Positions 25,821 through 33,227 of a stretch of 33,227 nucleotides of DNA are shown piece by piece. The stretch spans positions 1 to 33,227 of the IMG/VR virus record IMGVR_UViG_3300030372_000108, one strand, 5' to 3'. The first letter of the stretch is position 1. The number at the start of each line of letters is the position of its first letter. This DNA comes from a virus. Its lineage: Duplodnaviria > Caudoviricetes. The translations under genes were made by a program, and so were the position numbers. The notes beneath the pieces were generated by a model, which was given only the letters and a program-made list of their open reading frames with translations, was not told the origin of the DNA and did no database searches.

Positions 25821-26303
25821 TTAGTTAACAACATAGTGTATGATAAATGACATATCACCTGCTGTACCACCTGTTGCATTAAAAGTCGCTGCAACGTAGT
25901 AGTAACCACCTGGATCAACTGAAGCACCAGCATTTTCCCATAACTGAGTACCAATAGTATTTATATCGGCTGCTTCTGTTCTGAGATCTGCCACTGCTGT
26001 AGTTCCATCAGCAACAGCAGTAGCATATAGATCTTCGTCTACAACTGTTCCATTTGTCTGATATAAACCTACATTAAATGTGCATGATCCACCGAGTGCA
26101 TCTGCTGCAACACTTAAAGCTGTGATTGATGCGTTACTAGGAATTGGTGCAAGCATAACAATATCATTGTCTGTGCTATCACCAGCAGCTAGTGCGACTG
26201 TACCCTGAGCAACACGCAAAACGCCATGTAGCTCGTGAGCATTACTTGCAACTTGAGGAGTAGCTTCAAAGTTAGCTACAAGAGTTGTGTTTTTAGTAGT
26301 CAT
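25821..26303 (-). CDS. Capsid decoration/cement protein (Bbp16-like)
   Basis: 160 aa, beta-rich, directly after the major capsid gene. Confidence 0.65.
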   Translation of the reverse strand: MTTKNTTLVANFEATPQVASNAHELHGVLRVAQGTVALAAGDSTDNDIVMLAPIPSNASITALSVAADALGGSCTFNVGLYQTNGTVVDEDLYATAVADGTTAVADLRTEAADINTIGTQLWENAGASVDPGGYYYVAATFNATGGTAGDMSFIIHYVVN

Positions 26304-26316
26304 TGTTCACTCTCCC

Positions 26317-27180
26317 TTAAGCTGATTCATCACAATCGATTTGCACAATCTTGGATTCTTCCATGCGTGTGGCTCCAACACTCATGCAATAATAAACCTG
26401 AGTAGCATAACCTTTGTCTGCTCTCTCGTCTATTCTTGCTGATACGTCTTTACCTATGCCTAGAGCAATCCCATCCTCTGCCCATGCGAAACATGAACGG
26501 ATGTTTGATGCAAGCGATAGTCTGTTTGTTACAATAAATTTGAAACCCATGAATGTATCAACTTCACCCTGAACAAGAGCCTTGACTGTATTAAAGTCAG
26601 AACTTGTTACTGATGTAGTATTTAACAGAGCTTCAATCTGATTAGGACCAACTGCAATATACCTTGGTATTGATGGGTCAACGTCAGCTAAATCTAAAAT
26701 CTTTTTAGCTTGAATTAACTTAGCAACAGACATATCTGCACTACCATTTGCAATCTGATTAGCAGCAGCAAAAGATGTAGAGGTTGAACCTGTTTCGCCT
26801 GTAAAAGCTGTTCCAAGTGCAGCAGAAATGATAACGTCATCCATTGCTCTACCCATTGCAGCAGCAGCAGCTTGTGCATAAGAAGATGTTGGATCGATTA
26901 ACATTCTGACTTTATCTTGGTCATCAATTAAATCGGCATACTCATAATCAGCTAAACTCACTCTACGCCTTGCGTGTGGTGTGTCTATCTGTGGAGTGTC
27001 GGCATGACGGCTGGTACGCAACTGTGCAGTAGCAACGCCTACCTGATCGAAAAAAGCATTTTTCCCTGTAATATTCTCTACACGAACTGTGTCTCTAAGA
27101 CGGCTTCCCATCTGTTGAGATAACATCTGCACGTTAGCAGAATACTGTTGGACAAATGCTGTAGTTACTGTGGCTGACAT
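26317..27180 (-). CDS. Major capsid protein
   Basis: FVQQY...V.ML.QQ.GSRLR, D..R.LIDP.S.Y, GR..DD.II, TS.DF..VKALV.G motifs; AAGGAG RBS. Confidence 0.93.
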   Translation of the reverse strand: MSATVTTAFVQQYSANVQMLSQQMGSRLRDTVRVENITGKNAFFDQVGVATAQLRTSRHADTPQIDTPHARRRVSLADYEYADLIDDQDKVRMLIDPTSSYAQAAAAAMGRAMDDVIISAALGTAFTGETGSTSTSFAAANQIANGSADMSVAKLIQAKKILDLADVDPSIPRYIAVGPNQIEALLNTTSVTSSDFNTVKALVQGEVDTFMGFKFIVTNRLSLASNIRSCFAWAEDGIALGIGKDVSARIDERADKGYATQVYYCMSVGATRMEESKIVQIDCDESA

Positions 27181-27220
27181 TTAAGTCTCCTTCGTAAAAG
27201 TTACATTTGATTTATTTACA

Positions 27221-27314
27221 GTGTGCTACCCTTTACGGACACTCCTAGAATTTTTAGCCGACTTTAGGCTATCGTCTATCCGATTGTCTTGAGGACTCGT
27301 TGCCGAGCTACCCT
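27221..27314 (-). promoter_or_regulatory. Structured RNA leader upstream of the major capsid gene
   Basis: Hairpins AGGGTAGCTCG-GCAA-CGAGTCCT and GTGTCC-GTAAA-GGGTAGCAC share a GGGUAGC/GUCC internal-loop motif. Confidence 0.6.
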
Positions 27315-27444
27315 GCATAACCCATTTAAAATATATATCAGCTTGTTTCTCTGGATGCAACAAATCTCTTTGCGTTCCAAATTCTACAGCAAACCTCAAA
27401 CATTCCAAACGAATCTGTTGTGTTGGTGTCAATTCATTATCCAT
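27226..27444 (-). CDS. Small conserved protein between scaffold and capsid
   Basis: IRLECLR.AVE.G...A..YF.WV motif. Confidence 0.75.
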   Translation of the reverse strand: MDNELTPTQQIRLECLRFAVEFGTQRDLLHPEKQADIYFKWVMQGSSATSPQDNRIDDSLKSAKNSRSVRKG

Positions 27445-28282
27445 GAATATATCCCATCAATTCCTGCATACGTTCAACTGCACGTTGTCTTCCTACAGGA
27501 TCTTTCCTATTCCAATAGGCGTGTGTTTTATCGTTCATTATTGTATCAACTTCTTGTTGTGCCATTGCTGGTGTGTATGCCCTGTTAGTTGCATTGTCAC
27601 TGACAGTATCTTCACTTGTTACAGTAGATTTAAAATCTCCCATTGCAGCAAAAGCCTTAATAAAAGCTGGATGATTACCAATTAGTGTTCCATCTTCCAG
27701 TTTCATTTGCAACAAATCACTTCCACCAAACTGTTCAACAATATCTTTTGCAGCCGTTACTTTCTGTTCAAAAGCCTGACCCCATTCTTTTTGAAGTTCT
27801 GCTGCTGTTTTCTCAGCTTGTTTTTCAGCTTGTTCCACCAAACCTTCGCTTGTTTGTTGAACTGTACTCTTATAATAATCCAATACACCTTGTGCTTGCT
27901 GTGGTGTAAGTCTTAGATTATGTGCAATGTCTGCGTATTGTGCAGCAACTTCTTCAGTTATAACATTACCATCAACAGGTAACTCATATCCCTGTGGTGT
28001 TTCTGGTCTGCCTAACTTACTATAAATGTTATCTAAATCTTCTTCTGTAGGATTTTTTGGCAACGGAACCTTATCGCTACCTATCAATCTCTGTGCATTT
28101 ACATAACTCCTAGCTAAATTACCAACATCTTTTATTGGCGATAGACTAGGGTGCTCCCTTAATTCCTCTGGTATCATTTCCATGAAACTGTTACCAGACC
28201 CACCTTCTGCAACCTCGGCTGGTGTTTCCAACGCTGTAGGCTGTACTGGTTCGGCTACCTGTTCAGCAACTTGTTCTGACAT
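27437..28282 (-). CDS. Capsid scaffolding protein
   Basis: LA.SY..AQ.LIG, LGRPE.P..Y, LT..QAQ, L..EWG motifs; acidic and helical. Confidence 0.88.
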   Translation of the reverse strand: MSEQVAEQVAEPVQPTALETPAEVAEGGSGNSFMEMIPEELREHPSLSPIKDVGNLARSYVNAQRLIGSDKVPLPKNPTEEDLDNIYSKLGRPETPQGYELPVDGNVITEEVAAQYADIAHNLRLTPQQAQGVLDYYKSTVQQTSEGLVEQAEKQAEKTAAELQKEWGQAFEQKVTAAKDIVEQFGGSDLLQMKLEDGTLIGNHPAFIKAFAAMGDFKSTVTSEDTVSDNATNRAYTPAMAQQEVDTIMNDKTHAYWNRKDPVGRQRAVERMQELMGYIHG

Positions 28283-28284
28283 AT

Positions 28285-28497
28285 CTACTCCTCTTTCATC
28301 ATGTTATATATGTGTAGTATTACTGCCCTTTTACCTTCTTCAAAGGCTGTAGCATTGGCATCCCCAGCTACATAACTTGAAGCACGCCAGTTACAACGTA
28401 TCTCCAAATCCTCTAAAACCTTTTTACCAGCATTATCCCCAAAAGCATCCTTATACATTACCTTGAGCTGTGCTATTTGCTCACTCATTTGCACCAA
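28285..28497 (-). CDS. Bbp19-like small protein
   Basis: Y...F....GKKVL.DL...AF.EG.R.V.L.I; between portal and scaffold. Confidence 0.8.
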   Translation of the reverse strand: MVQMSEQIAQLKVMYKDAFGDNAGKKVLEDLEIRCNWRASSYVAGDANATAFEEGKRAVILHIYNMMKEE

Positions 28498-30076
28498 CCA
28501 TTCTTACTGCTTGTGCTGCCTGACCAACTGTAGCCACATCCTCTTGCTCCATTTGTCTTTCCATCTGCTCTTGCTGCATCATTGCACGCTGTTCTCTTTC
28601 TTCATCAACGGCTGATTGTGGCTTCAAGACTCTCTTTGGAACACCTAAAGCATCAGTTAGATAAGTAACCAATCCATCAGGATCAATGTGATCTCCAACT
28701 GGTAATGACTGTGACAATGGCATTAGTATTTCTAAAGCTCTCATTACACCATTAACAGAGCTAGACTTTTGTGCTCTTGCCAATGGCGATACATACTCAA
28801 TATCAATATCTAATCCTTGTAAAACCTCTGGTGGTACAGAAAGCATATCTGCACGCAACATCAAAGCAAACGCCCTATCAATCAAAGGTCTTAGCATTTC
28901 GTTCATTAATCTACCAAGCACAGGACCTATAACTCTCATTCTTTCTTCTTGTCTTTGTATAACTTCTGTTGCTGTCATATTAGGCGTACTGCCACTTAGT
29001 AATTGGTCAACGAAAAAAGCAGAACGAATTGCCATCCTTCGTTGTTCTTCCATGTTTAATCCAATAGGTATATTAGCACCAGTTTGTAGTGGTGTTATAG
29101 TATCTCTTGAACCTGATCTGTAAAAATTGAGACCTCCAGGCTGGGTTCTAATGGGGAGCAAGAACCCATCATCAGGCACTAATAGTGGAGGATCTATCAT
29201 TTTTTGTGCTGCTTGTATGATTGTTTTAGACATCAAGTTAATCATCTTTACATCTGGCAATGCAACCATAGCTGGAGATCTACCCATCACTTCTCCTGTT
29301 GCCTTTAAGAAGCGTGGTACAACGTAAGGTAGTTCCTGAAAACCACTCTCTGCCAATATCATTTTTGTTTCCATGCAAATATACATAGATGCAAATGGCA
29401 TATTCTTATTATCTCGTTTCGTTGGATCTCTTTCTTTTCTAGGCATAACAACATGAAGTATCTCTACATTCTCATCAGGTTTCTTCTCAAATGTTTTTCT
29501 TATAAATGGACCTACATTATCAACGCCAAATCTTTGCACAGCTTGTCTTGCAGGTAGTTCATACTTTCTAAACACAGTATCAACAATGCCATACTGATCT
29601 TCTGTTACATAAAACTCTGATATATGTCTTGTACTAAATCGTAATGTTTTGTCATCCATCTCAACAAACATACACCCAGTACCAAATACAACTAGGTCAA
29701 CATACATCTCATGGACTTCTGTTTCAAAGTTAGACATAGTAAAGGCACGCATCATTCTTTGCGAGGAATCTTCCAGCCATCTTTGTACGTCTTCATCTCT
29801 GCCTAGTTCTTCATCTTTCATTGTCAAATGAAACCATGGCGTTGCACCAGATGTCAGCATACCATGTAAACTAGACGATAATAAATCTACTGATTGTAAA
29901 GCTGTACCATCAAAGATAAGCTCCATTCTCTTTTCACCACGACTTCTTTTCTTAACTATGTCTGCCTTTCTTGGCAACATATAGTCAGCTAACTCTTGGT
30001 AATGATTATTCCAGTTATCTCTCTGACCTTCAACGTGTTGAAATCTAGCAACTATATCTTTGACATTCATCATCAT
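28481..30076 (-). CDS. Portal protein (T7 gp8-like head-tail connector)
   Basis: DL.VFGT, GE..GRSP...ALPD.K, DPPL, MTATEV..R.EE...LGP...RL..E.L.P motifs. Confidence 0.95.
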   Translation of the reverse strand: MMMNVKDIVARFQHVEGQRDNWNNHYQELADYMLPRKADIVKKRSRGEKRMELIFDGTALQSVDLLSSSLHGMLTSGATPWFHLTMKDEELGRDEDVQRWLEDSSQRMMRAFTMSNFETEVHEMYVDLVVFGTGCMFVEMDDKTLRFSTRHISEFYVTEDQYGIVDTVFRKYELPARQAVQRFGVDNVGPFIRKTFEKKPDENVEILHVVMPRKERDPTKRDNKNMPFASMYICMETKMILAESGFQELPYVVPRFLKATGEVMGRSPAMVALPDVKMINLMSKTIIQAAQKMIDPPLLVPDDGFLLPIRTQPGGLNFYRSGSRDTITPLQTGANIPIGLNMEEQRRMAIRSAFFVDQLLSGSTPNMTATEVIQRQEERMRVIGPVLGRLMNEMLRPLIDRAFALMLRADMLSVPPEVLQGLDIDIEYVSPLARAQKSSSVNGVMRALEILMPLSQSLPVGDHIDPDGLVTYLTDALGVPKRVLKPQSAVDEEREQRAMMQQEQMERQMEQEDVATVGQAAQAVRMVGANE

Positions 30077-30077
30077 C

Positions 30078-30299
30078 TTATCCTAACAAAGTTGGTGTGC
30101 CACCTGTGCCACTCATGCTTGTGGATGTTTCTCCTAGCTGACCAGCAACAATCGTACTGCCACGCCCTCTACGTTTCTTTCTCTCTTGTGCTTCAGCTTC
30201 ACCAGCTAATACGGCAGCTTTCTCATAATCAGCTTTATCAGGTTCTTCTGGAACTGGTGGTGGTGGTGGAACGTAAACTTTTGGTTTAAGAAATGACAT
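30078..30299 (-). CDS. Small virion/tail-assembly protein (gp7.3-like position)
   Basis: Pro-rich N-terminus, RRGRGSTI, C-terminal TLLG; directly upstream of portal. Confidence 0.75.
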   Translation of the reverse strand: MSFLKPKVYVPPPPPVPEEPDKADYEKAAVLAGEAEAQERKKRRGRGSTIVAGQLGETSTSMSGTGGTPTLLG

Positions 30300-30308
30300 T
30301 GCAATCTC

Positions 30309-30722
30309 CTATGTTATTGCTTTTTTGCTTTTTGGTCGTGTAACCACGCCATAGCCTTCCATAATTGTACCAGCTTGTCCTGACCTTTTACCTCTTGTGG
30401 CATATCTTGTTGTAATTGTTGGCTTTTCATCTTCAATAACTTCAGGTGTAACTTCTGGTGTTACCTCTGGTGTTACTGGTGCTCTATAATCCATTTTGTC
30501 TGTACCAGTTACAGTCTCTACAATTTCTTTAGTCAATTTCTTCACTGGTCTTTCCAAAGGCTCAACTATCTCAGCACCAACCTTTTCAACTACATTTATA
30601 GCTTTCTTTACTGGTCTTTCTAATGGTTCAACAACTTTTTTTTCTATATCTTTTGGTAAATCACCAACTTCTTTAACAATCTTTTTAGCAACTTTTTTTA
30701 TTTTCTTTGGAGCACCACCCAT
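30309..30722 (-). CDS. Lys-rich amphipathic repeat protein (probable virion protein)
   Basis: MGG start, VEPLERPVKK twice at 22-aa spacing, (TPEV)3, RGKRSGQAGTI. Confidence 0.75.
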   Translation of the reverse strand: MGGAPKKIKKVAKKIVKEVGDLPKDIEKKVVEPLERPVKKAINVVEKVGAEIVEPLERPVKKLTKEIVETVTGTDKMDYRAPVTPEVTPEVTPEVIEDEKPTITTRYATRGKRSGQAGTIMEGYGVVTRPKSKKAIT

Positions 30723-30723
30723 T

Positions 30724-31131
30724 TTACTTTCCTTTCACAATATGCCACCCTAACTTTTCAGTCTCAGGTCTAAACCAAAAGGCTTTCTTATAGCCACTAC
30801 GCATAAACATTTTCTTTAAAACAAGAAAACCTATTCTTGTATAACCTTTTTTTGCAATAAAGTCTACTAACCAAACATCACTGCCACCACCCTTATATCC
30901 ATTTACAGGAAAATGTTTTGTTTCCACATACTCATCTACCTGTTCATTTGTAGGGAAACCCCATGTAGCAAACATCAATGGCTCCTGATAATCATTCCTA
31001 ATAATCTTATACTGTCTAATTGATAAAGGTTTTTCAATATATTTTTGTACCATACCAACATCCCAATTTCTGTGATGCTCACTATACTGCACCATTTCTA
31101 AAGCATCTTCATAGTCTTGACCATACATCAT
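30724..31131 (-). CDS. RTX-toxin-activating lysine acyltransferase (HlyC/TAAT family)-like
   Basis: SEHHRNW, QY, P..FATW, G..VWLVDFIA..G match the HlyC motifs SPLHRNW, QY, PVAYCSW, GDRKWFIDWIAPFG. Confidence 0.85.
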   Translation of the reverse strand: MMYGQDYEDALEMVQYSEHHRNWDVGMVQKYIEKPLSIRQYKIIRNDYQEPLMFATWGFPTNEQVDEYVETKHFPVNGYKGGGSDVWLVDFIAKKGYTRIGFLVLKKMFMRSGYKKAFWFRPETEKLGWHIVKGK

Positions 31132-32414
31132 AGCGTAAAAGGATTGTACTCATTTACTGCCACAGATTGTGGTGGTCTAGTCATCACAGTACGATTCTCC
31201 AACCCAATAGCTAAATACCTAAACGCATCAGCACTATGACTTGTAAAGTCATGGCGTGGCTGATCTCTGAATATCTTCTTTCTTTCATCCCACTCCTGCC
31301 TATATTGTCTTAGCATCTCAAGACCTTCAGCACATTTATCCCTATCAAAGTAACATTTAGGTAACATCATCCTCGCAGCATTAATACCATCAGCAACTTT
31401 CATCTTCGGTATAACCCTAAAACGTATACCCAAACTAAATGCAGTCTCTAATCTCGATTTCCCACTACCCAGTTCTCGAACCTCAATATCATGTGGAGCA
31501 AGATGATCTCCCCAGTGATAATCTTTCTTTCGCAATACTTCAGCGTAATGGTCCAAGCCAACGCCACTATTCTCATAATAGTCAATAACATTAACAGCAC
31601 CCCCTCTATAAACCTGTGCAAACCAAATAGCCGTACTATCATTAATACCTAAATCCCAAGCCGTATGTACTGGCAACGCAGGATCGTATGGCACTCTCGT
31701 AATCTTTCCATTGTCATCTAAGTCAGCAAGCAACTTACCATAATACGCACCAATAATCGCAGCCGTAAATGAACACTCATACTCCTGCTCATACTGCTCT
31801 GGTGTCATTTGCAACTGTGCAGCTTCCAGCTCCGTATCTTTCACTAGCTTAGTCTCACTTGCCTTGGCAATCTTCCAGTACCATTGGTCAGACCCTTCCT
31901 CATCCTGCTCTCGTGCCTGTTGCAATATATCAAAAAAATGATTATGACCTGCTGGTGTACCTAAAAAGATCGCACTACCCTCTCTGTCGGATAGGGCTGG
32001 TCTTACAACCTCCCCCCATACCCTGGGATTTTGCATCCCATACTCGTCAAACACACACAAATCCAAGTATATACCTCTCAAAGCATCTGGATTCTCACCT
32101 GACAATAACATTATCCTGCCATTATTAGGAAAGTCTGCCCTTAACTCAGTCTCGTTAAATGTAACTCCTGGTATAACACCAGCATAATACTTTACATAAT
32201 CCCAACTAATCCTCTTAGCTTGCGTAAACGTAGGAGCCACCAAAGCAACTCTTGGTCTTGGTAAAGGACAAGTCAAAACGTGTTTAATCATATGATTGAC
32301 AGCAAACACAGTCTTACCAAATCGCCTGTGCATCACAAGCACATTCCATCTTTTCAAGTGTTTGTGCATCTCAGCCTGTAAGTCTCTAGGCTTATAGGGT
32401 ATCTTAACTTGCAT
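31128..32414 (-). CDS. terL: Terminase large subunit
   Basis: Walker A HRRFGKT, Walker B CVFDEY, GTP.G.N.F, nuclease WDLG..D and H.ADAFRY. Confidence 0.96.
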   Translation of the reverse strand: MQVKIPYKPRDLQAEMHKHLKRWNVLVMHRRFGKTVFAVNHMIKHVLTCPLPRPRVALVAPTFTQAKRISWDYVKYYAGVIPGVTFNETELRADFPNNGRIMLLSGENPDALRGIYLDLCVFDEYGMQNPRVWGEVVRPALSDREGSAIFLGTPAGHNHFFDILQQAREQDEEGSDQWYWKIAKASETKLVKDTELEAAQLQMTPEQYEQEYECSFTAAIIGAYYGKLLADLDDNGKITRVPYDPALPVHTAWDLGINDSTAIWFAQVYRGGAVNVIDYYENSGVGLDHYAEVLRKKDYHWGDHLAPHDIEVRELGSGKSRLETAFSLGIRFRVIPKMKVADGINAARMMLPKCYFDRDKCAEGLEMLRQYRQEWDERKKIFRDQPRHDFTSHSADAFRYLAIGLENRTVMTRPPQSVAVNEYNPFTL

Positions 32415-32793
32415 CCTCTGTACCAGTCTCCCAAACTATCTTCAATGAACCATCACTAATCTCAACGCCTGTTCTATTCTTAGCTTCACCAAACCTGTCT
32501 GGTAATACCTTCTGCACCTTCCATCTTACATGATGTCCATAATCTCTCAATAAATTAGGGTCATAGTTCTTTCGCCCATGCAACGCATCTCCATACATAT
32601 CCTCTAGCTCCTCAAGTGCTTTCTCAGCAGCCTGACGTTGTGCAGTCTTTACATTGCTGTCTAGTTCCGTATCTTTGCTCATATAGCGATATAACGTAGC
32701 ACGACTGACCTTTGCATCTGCACAAGCCTTTACCAAGCTGTGTCCGTCTGTAATGGATGATATGATGTGCTCTTGTTTTGCTTTGCTTATCAT
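32404..32793 (-). CDS. terS: Terminase small subunit
   Basis: N-terminal HTH (G.SL..AC....VSRATLYRY), RWK..K..P.RFG; overlaps the terL start. Confidence 0.85.
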   Translation of the reverse strand: MISKAKQEHIISSITDGHSLVKACADAKVSRATLYRYMSKDTELDSNVKTAQRQAAEKALEELEDMYGDALHGRKNYDPNLLRDYGHHVRWKVQKVLPDRFGEAKNRTGVEISDGSLKIVWETGTEDAS

Positions 32794-33074
32794 GTGTGTG
32801 TAGAACTACCTATTAACATATATAAATGCGTGCAGGTGCGTGTGGGTGGCATACCTTATTATTTGCTCCCCCCATGCCTTGCTTTTTTGCACTGCATATA
32901 CTTTTTATTATTGCCTGGTTCATGTTTCTTTATTTGCCGTATGAGATTGTCTTAACTCAGTGTATATTAAAACGTAAATACTGTTCCCCTTTTATATGCA
33001 ATCAATAAACTAATTAGCTGCTGGAATCAATAATATTTTTACTGTAATAAATAGTAGCTGGAAAAACTATTTTA

Positions 33075-33227
33075 CTAAGTCATTGTTTTTATTTATTTCT
33101 TTTTACTTGTATATAGAAATAATTTCTATATCATTATATATATTAACAACTAAGCAAAGGATTATAAAATGAAATATCAAACATTCTTATTAATAGCATT
33201 GTTTCAATTTATACTAATATTACCAAT
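33075..33227. repeat. Right direct terminal repeat
   Basis: 153-bp copy of 1-152 with a 1-nt insertion. Confidence 0.95.

Noticed and set aside
9090-32128. Many + strand ORFs in the track opposite the late genes (e.g. 13523-13951, 20870-21253, 21944-22276)
   Set aside because: Antisense shadows of well-supported - strand genes with no recognisable motifs.
32767-33008. Two short + strand ORFs at the right end
   Set aside because: No RBS, atypical composition; the region looks regulatory.

Overview
The window appears to be a complete ~33.1-kb AT-rich podovirus genome bounded by ~152-bp direct terminal repeats. Its gene order and content resemble marine HTVC010P-like/BPP-1-like phages, probably of an alphaproteobacterial host (inference). 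Left end (+): small early genes separated by hairpins and a shared TAGCAA leader motif. A divergent promoter switch at ~4.0 kb drives a leftward operon (HTH, Holliday-junction resolvase, DUF6378-like, PAPS-reductase-like PP-loop protein) and a rightward operon (C5-methyltransferase, PD-(D/E)XK exonuclease, SSAP, SSB, Xis-like HTH). The whole right 25 kb (-) is the late operon: terS, terL, an HlyC-like acyltransferase, portal, scaffold, capsid, tail tubes A/B, GNAT, ejection proteins, tail fibre, and a lysis region with holins, a T4-type lysozyme and many tiny basic proteins. I found no DNA or RNA polymerase, primase, helicase, integrase, tRNA or CRISPR. Best leads: (1) an orphan RTX-toxin-activating acyltransferase coupled to a Lys-rich amphipathic repeat protein, suggesting virion protein fatty-acylation; (2) a multi-TRD methyltransferase together with near-total loss of S-CG-S tetramers; (3) a cationic microprotein cluster where spanins would be expected; (4) repeated RNA elements in the early region and the capsid leader. 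Family calls are motif recognition by eye, not database searches.
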